64,000 nt of DNA, from contig OZ251539.1 of NCBI GenBank assembly GCA_965243135.1, forward strand, positions 1,824,001 through 1,888,000, given 5' to 3'. Shown in pieces: positions 30,503 through 42,552 of this stretch. Source of the DNA: Alphaproteobacteria bacterium. Its GTDB lineage: Bacteria; Pseudomonadota; Alphaproteobacteria; MPNO01; UBA830. The position numbers and the translations under genes were made by a program. The first letter of the stretch is position 1; the number at the start of each line of letters is the position of its first letter. The notes under the pieces are model-generated. The model did not search any database. It was not told the DNA's origin and saw only the letters and a program-made list of their open reading frames with translations.

Positions 30503-31894
30503 ATGGCGAACGCCGCGGCGAACCCCGACCGGGACGTGCAGGCCGTGCAGGCGGAGGACCTGCTTGACCTCGACCCCGACGTCATCCGCGACGTCATCGT
30601 AAGGCTGGACGACGGCCAGGCGATCGAAAGAATTATCGCCCCTCTGCATCCCGCTCAGACCGCCGATCTCATCGAAGTCCTGCGCGGACATCTGCGCACG
30701 CAACTGATCGATCGACTGCGGGATGGTTTCGATCCTCTCGTCCTTGCCGAACTCGACGAAACCGTGCGCGACGAAGTCGCGGAACGGCTCGGCATCGAAG
30801 CGATCGCGAAAGCGATCGCCGCCCTCGATTCCGACGACGCCCTGAACCTCATCGTCACTCTTGAAGAGACCAAGCAGAGACGCGTTCTGCACGCGATTCC
30901 GTCGGCCTTGCGGGCCATGCTGGAACAAGGCATCGCCTTCCCGGAGGACAGCGCCGGGCGCCTGATGCAGCGGGAACTCGTCGCCGCGCCCGCATTCTGG
31001 ACGGTCGGCGAAGTGATCGACTTTCTCCGCGAAAGCGACGGCCTGCCCGACGACTTCTACGATATTTTCGTCGTCGATCCCCGGCATCGCCTGATCGGAG
31101 CGATCCCCCTGAACAGGGTCCTGCGCGCCAAGCGCCCCGTTCCGGTTCGGGACATCATGATTCCGGATCTCGTGACCATTCCCCTCGGCATGGACCAGGA
31201 AGAGGTCGCGTACGTTTTCGCGCAGCAGGATCTGGTTTCCGCGCCGGTCATCGACGACACGGGTCGCCTGATAGGCGTGATCACGGTCGACGATATCGTC
31301 GACGTCATTCACGAGGAGGCCGAAGAGGACCTCATGCGGCTCGGCGGCGTCCAGGAGGACGATCTCTACCACGCGGTCATCGATACCGGCAAGTCGCGAT
31401 TCGCCTGGCTGTTCGTGAATCTCGCAACGGCCATCGTCGCTTCGATCGTGATCGGCCTGTTCCAGGGCACGATCGAACAGATCGTGATGCTCGCGGTGCT
31501 GATGCCCATAGCGGCCTCGATGGGAGGCAATGCGGGAACCCAGACCCTGACCGTCGCGGTGCGCGCGCTCGCCATGCGCGAGCTCTCCCCGGCCAATGCG
31601 CTTCGGGTGCTGTCGAAGGAGGTTCTGGTCGGAGTTTTCAACGGGCTTCTTTTCGCCGCGATCGTCGGGACGATCGCGTGGGTATGGTCAGGCAGCGTCG
31701 GAATCGGGATCGTCATGGCCGTGGCGATGGCGATCACCATGGTCATCGCAGGTCTAGCCGGCGCGGCGATTCCGCTCGGATTGTCCCGGACCCGTTTCGA
31801 TCCGGCGATCGCGTCCGGGGTGTTTCTTACGACCGTAACCGACGTCGTGGCGTTTTTGGCGTTTCTCGGCTTGGGCGCATGGCTCCTGCTGTAG
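30503..31894 (+). CDS. mgtE: Magnesium transporter MgtE
   Basis: 'EDSAGRLM', CBS pair, 'MGGNAGTQ', 'DPAIASGVFLTTVTD'. Confidence 0.95.
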   Translation: MANAAANPDRDVQAVQAEDLLDLDPDVIRDVIVRLDDGQAIERIIAPLHPAQTADLIEVLRGHLRTQLIDRLRDGFDPLVLAELDETVRDEVAERLGIEAIAKAIAALDSDDALNLIVTLEETKQRRVLHAIPSALRAMLEQGIAFPEDSAGRLMQRELVAAPAFWTVGEVIDFLRESDGLPDDFYDIFVVDPRHRLIGAIPLNRVLRAKRPVPVRDIMIPDLVTIPLGMDQEEVAYVFAQQDLVSAPVIDDTGRLIGVITVDDIVDVIHEEAEEDLMRLGGVQEDDLYHAVIDTGKSRFAWLFVNLATAIVASIVIGLFQGTIEQIVMLAVLMPIAASMGGNAGTQTLTVAVRALAMRELSPANALRVLSKEVLVGVFNGLLFAAIVGTIAWVWSGSVGIGIVMAVAMAITMVIAGLAGAAIPLGLSRTRFDPAIASGVFLTTVTDVVAFLAFLGLGAWLLL

Positions 31895-32061
31895 CGTCTC
31901 GACGCGATTCTCCGACGCATCCTTTGGCTCGTTACTCGTCGATTCCTGCGCAGACCATTGCGATCAAGATTCGCCGCGCCTGCTTCACCGACGGAACGCT
32001 GAACGCCGCAAGGTCATTGCCTCCCGGCGGACGGTCGACAGCCCTCCCGGTCCGCGAAACG

Positions 32062-32205
32062 TCAGGTCACGGAGTGAAATTTCACTTGTCGTTGTACCCG
32101 TTGACGCTCTTCAAGGTCCCGCCCCAGCCGTCCGCTAATGGCCGAAACGAAGCGGAAAAATTCGTCGAGCGGTCTCGGGACGGCTTCGTCATCGAGCGGT
32201 GTCAT
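32062..32205 (-). pseudogene. Possible remnant of DUF5615 PIN-like toxin
   Basis: ATG overlaps DUF433 3' end; MTPLDDEAVPRPL resembles the M.LLDE.VP..L start of DUF5615, but similarity is lost and the frame stops after 47 aa. Confidence 0.4.
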
Positions 32206-32413
32206 CCGGAGCTTCGGCGAGCATTGTCTTTGCCAATCCGAGCACGCTGATTGCATGGCTCCGCGACACTGTGGGAAAGTTGTCGAGAAACACCTCAAGC
32301 GGATCGCCCGCCTCCAGATACTCGATTAGAATGCGCACGGGAACCCGGGTGCCGGCGAACACCGGCGTTCCGCCGAGGATATTCGGGTTTCGATCAATGA
32401 GAGCGTCGGTCAT
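32189..32413 (-). CDS. DUF433 domain antitoxin-like protein
   Basis: 'NILGGTPVFAGTRVPV', 'FLDNFPTVS'; GGAGAG RBS. Confidence 0.88.
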   Translation of the reverse strand: MTDALIDRNPNILGGTPVFAGTRVPVRILIEYLEAGDPLEVFLDNFPTVSRSHAISVLGLAKTMLAEAPDDTAR

Positions 32414-32917
32414 TGCTCTCTCCAAGGTTGCGCACCGGAGTCTGCGCTTCCGAAGCCGTCGAGTTTCTACCGCATCGTCTTCCAAATCTGAAGAACGGCA
32501 TAGGCGTCGCGCATCAGCACCTTGGAGTCATTGACCGCCCAGTTTCGACATACAATAGTTCACAAGTAGAGCCTTGAATATGCGCAGACGAGAGTTTTCA
32601 CTCAATCGACCGGCGGGGCGTCGTAAACGGAGAAGCGGGCTAATGGGATTGAAGCGGCGGTACATGGTTGGCTATAGAATCCCCAACCGTGCGCCGCGCA
32701 GGAAGCGGCACCTATGGCGAGATGAGTTGGCCGGCGAGTGCCGCGGCGGGAGCCGTGCGCGCCGAATCGCGTCGCAAGGATGCCGAGAAATTTCGGAGAG
32801 GTCCTGGTCGTCGCCACGGCGCATGCCTCAGGCGCAAGAGGAGTCCGCCGGGCGCGAAACCGAGGCGGTTCCGCCACGCCCAATTCGCCGCTGTTATTCG
32901 GGAGCTTGAAGACGAAG

Positions 32918-33736
32918 ATGGTTAAACTCGACGCGCAGGAAACAAGTGCGCCTTTGCTTGATTTGCTGGAGCTCGATGAACTCACCGAAAGGGCCAAAGC
33001 GAAAGGGGGCGACCCTAACGCGCAATTCTGCTTGGGCTTCAAATATTATCAAGGAAGCGGCTGCGCCCGGGATTTCTCGAAGGCTTCGCACTGGTTTCGC
33101 AAGGCCTCCGAACAGGGTCACGCCGAGGCGCAGGAAAAGCTCGCCGAAATGCTCGATCGCGGCAAAGGGCTATCCTGCAACCTGGAAGAAGCGGCCGTGT
33201 GGTACAGTAAGGCGGCCGAACAAGGGCGAGCGAAAGCGCAAGCGCGACTAGCGGTGATGCTCGACCGAGGCGAAGGGATTCCCTGCGATCTGGAAGCGGC
33301 GGCGGCCCTGTATTGCAAGGCTGCAAGGCAGGGGGACGAAGAGGCGCAACTGCGATTGGCCGAGATGCTCGACAAGGGCGAGGGGGTGCCCCGAAATCGA
33401 GAAAAAGCCGAGAAGCTGTACCGCCCGCTTGCCGGACGGGGGAATCGTACCGCAAAGGCGTGGATCGATGCCTTCGATGCGGAAGAGGCGGAAAAACTCC
33501 GCGAAGCGGCGAATCAAGGGAATGCGATGGCGCAGTTCGGCCTTGCGGAAGCCTACGAAGAAGGACGCGGCGTGCAGAAGGACTTCGTGCTGGCCTATAT
33601 GTGGGGACGGCTTGCCGCCGATGGCGGCCACGAGGACGCAGGCAAATTTCTCCGATCGCTGGAAAGGGAGATGACGCAGGCGGAGGTCATGAGGGCGCAA
33701 CGCAAGGTTCAGGAATGGAAACTGACGCACTCATGA
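32918..33736 (+). CDS. Sel1-repeat protein
   Basis: About five Sel1 repeats (AQ..L...Y..G.G...D...A..W..KAA.QG). Start uncertain. Confidence 0.85.
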   Translation: MVKLDAQETSAPLLDLLELDELTERAKAKGGDPNAQFCLGFKYYQGSGCARDFSKASHWFRKASEQGHAEAQEKLAEMLDRGKGLSCNLEEAAVWYSKAAEQGRAKAQARLAVMLDRGEGIPCDLEAAAALYCKAARQGDEEAQLRLAEMLDKGEGVPRNREKAEKLYRPLAGRGNRTAKAWIDAFDAEEAEKLREAANQGNAMAQFGLAEAYEEGRGVQKDFVLAYMWGRLAADGGHEDAGKFLRSLEREMTQAEVMRAQRKVQEWKLTHS

Positions 33737-33904
33737 TCCCGGCCTGCGGAAAAAGACCTGTCGGGCGGCAAGCGCGTCGTTTGCCCGCGTCCTTCTTTGG
33801 CGATTCGCGAAAATCTCTGGCGAAAGCTTGTTTCATCTGATATATGAAGGTCGGCTTTTTCGCGCCAGAAGAATCTCGGAGATTGATTTCTTGACGCAGT
33901 GGTT

Positions 33905-35272
33905 ATGAGTTTTTCCGAACTGGGACTGAGCGAGCAAGTCCTCGATGCGGTCGCCGATGCCGGTTACGCGGATCCGACCCCGATCCAGAAGGAAGCCATC
34001 CCCCATATCCTGACGGGACGGGACGTGCTCGGCTGCGCGCAGACCGGCACGGGCAAGACGGCGTCTTTCACGCTTCCGATGATCGACATCCTGTCGAGCG
34101 GGAGGGCGCGGGCGCGCATGCCCCGTTCCCTCGTCCTGACCCCGACCCGCGAACTCGCGAGCCAGATCGCCGAGAACTTCGAAATCTACGGCAAATACAA
34201 CAAACTCAGCATGGCGTTGCTGATCGGCGGCGTCTCGATGGAAGATCAGGTTCGCCTTCTCGACCGCGGCGTCGACGTTCTGATCGCGACGCCGGGCAGG
34301 CTGCTGGACCATTTCGAACGGGGCAGGATCCTGCTCACCGGCATTAAGATACTGGTCATCGACGAAGCCGACCGAATGCTCGACATGGGCTTCATTCCCG
34401 ATGTGGAGCGCATCGTGTCGCTGCTTCCCGCAATCCGCCAGACCCTTTTCTTCTCCGCGACCATCCCGCCTGAAATCAGGCGCCTGTCCGACAACTTCCT
34501 CAGCAATCCAAAGGAAATCACGGTCGCGCCGCCGTCCCGTCCCGCGGCCGAAACCGTGAAGCAGAGCCTCTCCGTGGTCGCGGCGCGCGACAAGCGCGAA
34601 ATGCTGCGGCGCCTCATCCGCCAGGAGAATGTCGAGACGGCGCTAATTTTCTGCAACAGGAAGCGCGACGTGGACATTCTGTTCCGCTCCCTGAAGAAAT
34701 ACGGATTCGACGCCGCGGCCCTGCATGGCGACATAGATCAGGCGACCCGGTTGGCTACCCTCGAGCGCTTCAAGAACGGCGAAATCGCCTTGCTGGTCGC
34801 GAGCGACGTGGCCGCGCGCGGTCTCGATATCGACGACTTGCCGACCGTCATCAATTTCGACGTTCCGGTCAGCTCCGAAAGCTACGTTCACCGGATCGGC
34901 CGAACCGGGCGGGCCGGTCGCGACGGCCGCGCCTACACGCTCGCCACGCCCGACGACCATCCCTACGTGGAGGCGATCGAGAAGCTGCTGGGAAACCGGA
35001 TCCCGCGGCTGGACGCGGGCGATCTCGCATGCGGCGACGCTCCCAAAGAGCGCGGCGGCAAATCCAGGCGGCGGCCTCGCGCGGCCGGCGCCCCTTCGCC
35101 GCGGCCGGCGCGGCGAGGAGCCGAAAAATCCGTCTCGAGGGAGGCGAACGGCGCGGCTTCGTCCAAGGGCGGCCGCCAGCGGACCAAAAGCAAGGAAGAA
35201 GCGGTGGTCGGAATGGGCGAACACGTTCCCGCGTTCCTGCTTCGCCCCGGCCGGCCGTCCGAACAAGGCTGA
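33905..35272 (+). CDS. DEAD-box RNA helicase
   Basis: AQTGTGKT, PTRELA, DEAD, SAT, ARGLD, HRIGRTGRAG. Confidence 0.95.
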   Translation: MSFSELGLSEQVLDAVADAGYADPTPIQKEAIPHILTGRDVLGCAQTGTGKTASFTLPMIDILSSGRARARMPRSLVLTPTRELASQIAENFEIYGKYNKLSMALLIGGVSMEDQVRLLDRGVDVLIATPGRLLDHFERGRILLTGIKILVIDEADRMLDMGFIPDVERIVSLLPAIRQTLFFSATIPPEIRRLSDNFLSNPKEITVAPPSRPAAETVKQSLSVVAARDKREMLRRLIRQENVETALIFCNRKRDVDILFRSLKKYGFDAAALHGDIDQATRLATLERFKNGEIALLVASDVAARGLDIDDLPTVINFDVPVSSESYVHRIGRTGRAGRDGRAYTLATPDDHPYVEAIEKLLGNRIPRLDAGDLACGDAPKERGGKSRRRPRAAGAPSPRPARRGAEKSVSREANGAASSKGGRQRTKSKEEAVVGMGEHVPAFLLRPGRPSEQG

Positions 35273-35283
35273 GGATACAGGCG

Positions 35284-35526
35284 ATGCAGACCATATTCGT
35301 GATGGTGAAATGCGAACTCGGCAAGGCTTACGAGGTGGCGGCGGCCGCCGCGGACGACATCGAGAACGTCTCGGAGGTCTACTCGATTTCCGGCCAGTAC
35401 GACCTGCTGCTGAAATGCGCGCTCGAAAACGATATGGACATCGGACACTTCGTCACGCGGGAACTGCAAATGATCGAGGGAGTGAAGGACACCTTCACGC
35501 TGATCACGTTCAACGCCTTCACCTGA
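35284..35526 (+). CDS. Lrp/AsnC ligand-binding domain protein
   Basis: 'MQTIFVMVKCELG', 'SISGQYDLL', 'TFTLITFNAF'. Confidence 0.85.
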   Translation: MQTIFVMVKCELGKAYEVAAAAADDIENVSEVYSISGQYDLLLKCALENDMDIGHFVTRELQMIEGVKDTFTLITFNAFT

Positions 35527-35545
35527 ACGTTCGCCGGACGGGAGC

Positions 35546-36163
35546 TCAACGAGGCAGCCCCTCTCTCCGGGTCATGTAGAGGGGCATCGAACCGTCGACG
35601 CGAAGCCGCGGCTCTTTCGAAGGAAGTTCGGTAAGCGCTTCGGTCTTCTCGAGACTTTCGCGGCAGCGGACGGCAAGATTCAGGTAGTCCCCGTTGCCTT
35701 CTTCTTTCCACCGTTTCTCCCCCTCGTTCAACTCCCGCCGAACCTTCGCCGGGATGCCCGCCAACACGACGTTGGAGGGAACCTTCATCGCCGCCGGAAC
35801 GAAGGCGAGCGCCGCGACGAGCGTATCGTCGCCGATTTCCGCTCCGTCCATCACGACGGAGTTCATGCCGACGAGAACTCCGTCGCCCAACGCGCACCCG
35901 TGCAAAACCGCGCCGTGGCCGACGTTGCAACGCTCGCCGATCAAAGTGCTGCCGCCGGCGAAGGCATGAACGGTGCAGTTGTCCTGTACGTTGCTGCCGT
36001 TCCCCACCACGATCTGTCCGAAATCTGCGCGAAGCGAAGCCGAAGGCCCGATATAGCAATCCGCGCCCACGACGACATCGCCAATCAGCACGGCGGTCGG
36101 ATGCACGAAGGCCGCCGGATCGACGACGGGAACCACCCCGTCGATCGCGTATACCGTCGGCAT
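35546..36163 (-). CDS. paaY: PaaY/CaiE-like hexapeptide-repeat (gamma-carbonic anhydrase family) protein
   Basis: 'YAIDGVVPVV', 'SLRADFG', 'NVQDNC', 'GHGAVLHGC'. Confidence 0.8.
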   Translation of the reverse strand: MPTVYAIDGVVPVVDPAAFVHPTAVLIGDVVVGADCYIGPSASLRADFGQIVVGNGSNVQDNCTVHAFAGGSTLIGERCNVGHGAVLHGCALGDGVLVGMNSVVMDGAEIGDDTLVAALAFVPAAMKVPSNVVLAGIPAKVRRELNEGEKRWKEEGNGDYLNLAVRCRESLEKTEALTELPSKEPRLRVDGSMPLYMTRREGLPR

Positions 36164-36196
36164 GGCCTTCAGACGCGGCGCTCGACGGCCGCCGCT

Positions 36197-36532
36197 TCAG
36201 ACATGGAACGATTCGCCGCAGCCGCAGCGCCCTTTCTCGTTCGGATTGTTGAACACGAAACCCGACTGCAGCTTGTCTTCGACGTAATCCATTTCGGTGC
36301 CTATCAAGAACATCAGCGCCTTGGAATCGACGAACAGCTTGACGCCTTTCTCTTCGACGACTTCGTCGAGAGGCTGCTTTTGCTCGGCGAATTCCATTTC
36401 GTAGGCCATGCCGGAGCACCCGCCGGTGCGGATTCCGATTCTGAGCCCTTCGGCCGCCGTCGGCCGGCTCGACATCAGATGCTTGACCCGCGCCGCCGCG
36501 CCGTCGGTCAGCGTCATCACCGATGTAGCCAT
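36197..36532 (-). CDS. sufA: A-type Fe-S carrier (SufA/IscA)
   Basis: GGCSG, CGCGESF. Confidence 0.9.
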   Translation of the reverse strand: MATSVMTLTDGAAARVKHLMSSRPTAAEGLRIGIRTGGCSGMAYEMEFAEQKQPLDEVVEEKGVKLFVDSKALMFLIGTEMDYVEDKLQSGFVFNNPNEKGRCGCGESFHV

Positions 36533-36570
36533 CAAGCTTCTCCTCGCTTTCGAAAGACCGTTTCCGGATC

Positions 36571-36906
36571 CTAGAAGAATCCCAGTTCGAGCTTCGCCGC
36601 CTCGGACATCATTTCCGGATTCCACGGCGGATCCCATGTCAGTTCCAGTTCCACTTCGTCGACTCCGTCCACCTGCTCCACGCGGGTCCGAACCTGTTCG
36701 GGCAGGATTTCCGCCACGGGGCAATGAGGCGACGTCAGCGTCATGACCAGCCCTACTTTTCCCCCGTCCGATACTTCGACGTCGTATATCAGGCCGAGTT
36801 CGTAAATGTTGACGGGGATTTCCGGGTCGTAGCACTCGCTGATCGCCGCCACGACCTCCGCTTTGAGCGCATCCGCCGGCGAAACGGCTTCCTGGGTCGT
36901 TTCCAT
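36571..36906 (-). CDS. sufT: SufT/DUF59 Fe-S maturation protein
   Basis: DPEIPVNIYELGLIY, MTLTSPHCP, WDPPW. Confidence 0.9.
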   Translation of the reverse strand: METTQEAVSPADALKAEVVAAISECYDPEIPVNIYELGLIYDVEVSDGGKVGLVMTLTSPHCPVAEILPEQVRTRVEQVDGVDEVELELTWDPPWNPEMMSEAAKLELGFF

Positions 36907-36910
36907 GGAT

Positions 36911-37351
36911 CTACTCGGTCGTTATTTCGCCGCCGCCCTGAAGCGCGGCGTCGAAGGTGTGCCAGGGAAGGGTCGCGCATTTTACGCGCGCAGGGAATTT
37001 GCGCACGCCCATGAGGGCGGACAATTCGTCCGTTCCGTCGTCGTCGCCGCTGCCCGTGACGCGGGCGATGAAGTCCTCGAAGACCTTTCTCGCTTCGGTC
37101 ACGTCCTTGCCCTTGAGCAGTTCCGTCATCATCGAGGCCGACGCCACCGAAATCGCGCAGCCGCGCGCCTCGAAACGAACGTTCGCGACGCGCTCGCCCT
37201 GCACTTCCACCTGAACCGTTATTCGATCGCCGCACAACGGGTTGTTGCCGTGGGCTTCGCCGGAAGGCCGTTCGAGCCGTCCCGAATTGCGGGGCGACCG
37301 GCTGTGGTCCAGAATGATTTCCTGGTAGAGGTCGCGAAGATCGACTCTCAT
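36911..37351 (-). CDS. sufU: SufU (NifU-like) protein
   Basis: LYQEIILDH, NPLCGD, GCAIS, RVKCATLPW. Confidence 0.92.
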   Translation of the reverse strand: MRVDLRDLYQEIILDHSRSPRNSGRLERPSGEAHGNNPLCGDRITVQVEVQGERVANVRFEARGCAISVASASMMTELLKGKDVTEARKVFEDFIARVTGSGDDDGTDELSALMGVRKFPARVKCATLPWHTFDAALQGGGEITTE

Positions 37352-38571
37352 CCGAAAATCTCCCTCACTCGCCCGATGCCTTCGACCAGGGCGTCCACTT
37401 CCGTCGCCGTGTTGTACAGGCCGAATGAAGCGCGAACCGTCGCCGCCATGTCGAAACGGTCCATGACCGGTTGCGCGCAATGATGTCCGGTCCGCACCGC
37501 GATCCCTTCATGGTCGAGGATCGTTCCGACATCGTGCGGGTGCACGTCCCGGACGTTGAACGACAGGATCGCCGCTTTCTCGTCGGCCATGCCGACGATA
37601 TCGACGGCGTTCAGGGCGGAAAGCCGCTCGGTCGCGTATGCGAGCAGATTTCGCTCGTGCGTTCCGATGGCGTCGAAACCGAGATCGTCCAGATATTCGA
37701 TCGCCGATCCGAGCGCGATCGCGCCGGCGATATGAGGGGTTCCCGCCTCGAACTTGAAGGGAAGATCGGCGTAGGTCGTCTTTTCGAACGTAACCCGGTC
37801 GATCATCTCCCCGCCGCTCTGATACGGCGGCATTTCTTCGAGCAGAGATTCCCTTCCGTAAAGAACGCCGATGCCGCTCGGGCCATATAGCTTGTGACCT
37901 GAAAAAACGTAGAAATCCGCGTCCAGCGCCCGCACGTCGACGGGCATGTGGGGCGCCGCCTGGCAACCGTCGACAAGAACCAGAGCCCCGACGCCGCGCG
38001 CGGCCCGGACCGCCTCCGCGATCGGCACGACCGTTCCCAGCGCGTTCGATACGTGCGTCAAGGCCACCATCTTCGTCCGCGGCGAAAGCAGCTTCGCGTA
38101 TTCGTCGAACAAAAAGTTGCCGAGGTCGTCGACGGGAGCCACCTTGATGACCGCGCCGGTCCGCTGGGCGACGATCTGCCAGGGAACGATATTGGAATGA
38201 TGCTCCATGACCGACAGGACGATTTCGTCGCCTTCGGAGAGGTTCGCGCCGCCCCACGACGACGCGACGAGGTTGATTCCTTCGGTCGCGCCCCGAACGA
38301 AGATCGTTTCCCGTTCCGACGCCGCGTTGAGAAACCTCCGCGCCAGTCCGCGGCTCTTCTCCATTGCCTCCGTCGCCCTCTGACTCAGATGATGAACGCC
38401 GCGATGAACGTTCGCGTATTCCGTCTCGTAGGCGCGTTGCATCCGGGCGACGACGGCGGACGGCTTCTGGGCGCTCGCGCCGTTGTCGAGATAGACCAAC
38501 GGCTTGCCGTGGACGCGCTCCGACAGAATCGGGAAATCTTCGCGGATTCTATCGACTGGATACGGAGCCAT
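37348..38571 (-). CDS. sufS: Cysteine desulfurase SufS
   Basis: YLDNGASAQKP, ANVHRG, SGHK, RTGHHCA. Confidence 0.95.
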   Translation of the reverse strand: MAPYPVDRIREDFPILSERVHGKPLVYLDNGASAQKPSAVVARMQRAYETEYANVHRGVHHLSQRATEAMEKSRGLARRFLNAASERETIFVRGATEGINLVASSWGGANLSEGDEIVLSVMEHHSNIVPWQIVAQRTGAVIKVAPVDDLGNFLFDEYAKLLSPRTKMVALTHVSNALGTVVPIAEAVRAARGVGALVLVDGCQAAPHMPVDVRALDADFYVFSGHKLYGPSGIGVLYGRESLLEEMPPYQSGGEMIDRVTFEKTTYADLPFKFEAGTPHIAGAIALGSAIEYLDDLGFDAIGTHERNLLAYATERLSALNAVDIVGMADEKAAILSFNVRDVHPHDVGTILDHEGIAVRTGHHCAQPVMDRFDMAATVRASFGLYNTATEVDALVEGIGRVREIFG

Positions 38572-38573
38572 CT

Positions 38574-39842
38574 TCACCCCTTCATCCAGGCGGACACGGC
38601 GTCGGCGAGATGGTCTCGGACTGCGCCCTCCGGCGCCCCCTCGACGATTTCGGCGACGAACGCCTCGATCAACAGCGCGCGGGCTTCCGTCGGCGCGATT
38701 CCGCGGCTCTGAAGATAGAAAAGCGCGTTCCGGTCGAGATCGCCCACCGTCGCGCCGTGGGCGCACTTGACGTCGTCGGCAAAGATTCTCAGTTCCGGCT
38801 TGGCGTCGGCGCGCGTTCCCGGCGACAGAAGCAAACTGCGGCTGGACTGGCTCGAATCCGTTTTCTGCGCCTCCTTGCGCACGACGACTCCGCCCTGAAA
38901 GACCGCCCGCGCCGCGTCGTCGAGCGCATTGCGGAAAACCTGGCGACTCAAGGTATGCGGTACGCGGTGAACGGCTTCCGTCGTGTTGTCTCCGTGCTGG
39001 CGGCCGCGCAGCAACAGGCCGCCGCGCAGATTGCACTCGCCTCCGGTTCCGTCGAACGAGACGCGCGTTTCGTTGCGCGACAGGGCCGCGCCGACGCCGA
39101 GCGCCGTGCTGTCGTAACCGGAATCGCGCCCCAACCCGACCCGCGTCGAGGCGGTATGGTAGGCGGACGCCGCCTCGGCCTGGAGCTTGACGTGAGCCAC
39201 GCGCGCCCCGGCGGCTATGCGCAGTTCCGTTACGGCGTTCGTCCAGTAGCTTTCGGAACAGCTGCCGACGAACGTTTCGACCACGGTCGCCCGGCTCCCG
39301 GCTTCGGCGATCACCAACGTGCGGGGATGTGTGGAAATTCCGCCCGTGCCCGCAACGTGGAGCACCTGAACCGGTCGCTCCAGCGCGGCGCCCCGCGACA
39401 GCTTCAGAACGAGCCCGTCGCGCATGAAGGCGGTATTGAGCGCGACCAGCGAGGCGCCGTCTCCATGGGACGACAACTCGTCCTCCACGTCGTCGATGGA
39501 AGCCGAAAGCGGCGCGAGAAAAACGCCGGCCGGCGGATTGCCGACCGCGGACAGCTTCGGATCGAAGCGTCCGTCCACGATCGCGATCCGAAAGGCGCCC
39601 TCCAGACAATGCTTCTCGGAGAACGACCCGGCGGCAGCTGCCGGAATCGGGTCGAAATCGGCCCGGGCGAGCCGGTCGAGGTTGGTGTATTTCCATGACT
39701 CCATCCGGGGAGTCGGGAATCCCCGATTCGCGAACGCTTCGAGCGCCCTGCTCCGCCTTCCTGACAGATCGGCGCCGGGCAGTTCCGAGCCTCTTTTCTC
39801 GAAACGTTCCAGAATTGGAGCGATGTTCCGGGGGCGCGCCAT
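38574..39842 (-). CDS. sufD: Fe-S assembly protein SufD
   Basis: ESWKYT, KPELRIFADDVKCAHG, FYLQSRGI. Confidence 0.93.
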   Translation of the reverse strand: MARPRNIAPILERFEKRGSELPGADLSGRRSRALEAFANRGFPTPRMESWKYTNLDRLARADFDPIPAAAAGSFSEKHCLEGAFRIAIVDGRFDPKLSAVGNPPAGVFLAPLSASIDDVEDELSSHGDGASLVALNTAFMRDGLVLKLSRGAALERPVQVLHVAGTGGISTHPRTLVIAEAGSRATVVETFVGSCSESYWTNAVTELRIAAGARVAHVKLQAEAASAYHTASTRVGLGRDSGYDSTALGVGAALSRNETRVSFDGTGGECNLRGGLLLRGRQHGDNTTEAVHRVPHTLSRQVFRNALDDAARAVFQGGVVVRKEAQKTDSSQSSRSLLLSPGTRADAKPELRIFADDVKCAHGATVGDLDRNALFYLQSRGIAPTEARALLIEAFVAEIVEGAPEGAVRDHLADAVSAWMKG

Positions 39843-39843
39843 C

Positions 39844-40608
39844 TCAAGCCGCGGCCGGCGTCTCGTCGCCGTATCGTGCGTAGCCTTCCCTCTCGAGTTC
39901 GAGCGCGAGTTCCTTGCCGCCGCTTTCGGCAAGCCGGCCCTCCGCCATCACATGAACGAAATCGGGGACGACATGATTGAGCAGCCGCTGATAGTGCGTG
40001 ATGACGATCATGGATCGGTCCGGCGAGCGCAACCGGTTGACGCCGCTCGCGACGACGCCGAGCGCATCGATGTCGAGGCCCGAATCCGTTTCGTCCAGGA
40101 TCGCGAAAACGGGTTCGAGCATGGCCATCTGGAAGATTTCGTTGCGTTTCTTCTCGCCGCCCGAAAACCCGACGTTCACCGGCCGCTTGAGAAGGTCGTC
40201 CTTCATTTCGAGCCATTCGCCCTTTTCGCGGGCGAGCCGGAGAAAGCCGATGGCGTCGAGCTCCCGTTCGCCCCGCGCCTTGCGCACGGCGTTCACGGCC
40301 GTCTTCAGAAACGTCAGGTTCGAGACGCCGGGAATTTCGACGGGATACTGAAACGCGAGATACAGGCCAGCCGCGGCGCGTTCGTGCGGTTCCATCGCAA
40401 GCAGGTCGACGCCGCCCAACAGCGCCTCTCCGGCGGTCACCTCGTATCCTTCGCGTCCGGTCAGCACGTGGGACAACGTGCTCTTGCCCGAGCCGTTCGG
40501 CCCCATGACGGCGTGGACTTCGCCCTTGCCGATCTCGAGATCGATTCCCTTCAGGATGGGCTTGCCGGCCGCCGAAGCGTGCAGCCCTCTGATCGACAAG
40601 AGACTCAT
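39844..40608 (-). CDS. sufC: Fe-S assembly ATPase SufC
   Basis: GPNGSGKST, FQYPVEIPG, FSGGEKKRNE, LDETDSGLDIDAL. Confidence 0.96.
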   Translation of the reverse strand: MSLLSIRGLHASAAGKPILKGIDLEIGKGEVHAVMGPNGSGKSTLSHVLTGREGYEVTAGEALLGGVDLLAMEPHERAAAGLYLAFQYPVEIPGVSNLTFLKTAVNAVRKARGERELDAIGFLRLAREKGEWLEMKDDLLKRPVNVGFSGGEKKRNEIFQMAMLEPVFAILDETDSGLDIDALGVVASGVNRLRSPDRSMIVITHYQRLLNHVVPDFVHVMAEGRLAESGGKELALELEREGYARYGDETPAAA

Positions 40609-40618
40609 GAGGCTTTCC

Positions 40619-42064
<1,446 letters not shown>

Positions 42065-42078
42065 GCGCCGTTCCTCTT

Positions 42079-42540
42079 TCAGGCCGCTGCGCCGGCTGCC
42101 GAGGCGCCGCCGGCGTCCGCAGCGAGGCGCGACAGCGCGGGCCGCGCCATCTCCTCCAGCGAAACGCCTTCGAGGGCTTCGACCAGCGCATCGTTGATCC
42201 GGCGCCAGTTGGTCCGCGTCGGGCACAACGCCTCGATCTCGCAGATCGCGCCGTCGGAGGTCATGCATTCGGTGAGCGCGATGGGTCCGTCGAGCGCGGC
42301 CACGATTTCCGCGACGGATATGTCGGCCGAATCGCGCGCGAGGCGGTAACCTCCGTCGGCGCCGCGGCGAGACGCGAGGAGCTTCGCGGCGGCGAGCTGC
42401 TTCAGCAATTTGCTTACGGTCGGCGCGGGCAGAACGGCGGCGCGCGCCAACTCGCCGGCCGTGGTGCGCCGCGCGCCCGCTCGCGCCAGTTGCACCATCA
42501 GCACGACCCCGTAATCCGCCATTCGGCTCAGCTTGATCAT
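42079..42540 (-). CDS. Rrf2-family SUF system regulator
   Basis: '[11 protein letters not shown]', 'RGADGGY', Cys motif C..C..C ('[12 protein letters not shown]'). Confidence 0.92.
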   Translation of the reverse strand: MIKLSRMADYGVVLMVQLARAGARRTTAGELARAAVLPAPTVSKLLKQLAAAKLLASRRGADGGYRLARDSADISVAEIVAALDGPIALTECMTSDGAICEIEALCPTRTNWRRINDALVEALEGVSLEEMARPALSRLAADAGGASAAGAAA

Positions 42541-42552
42541 CAAGCGCACCCC

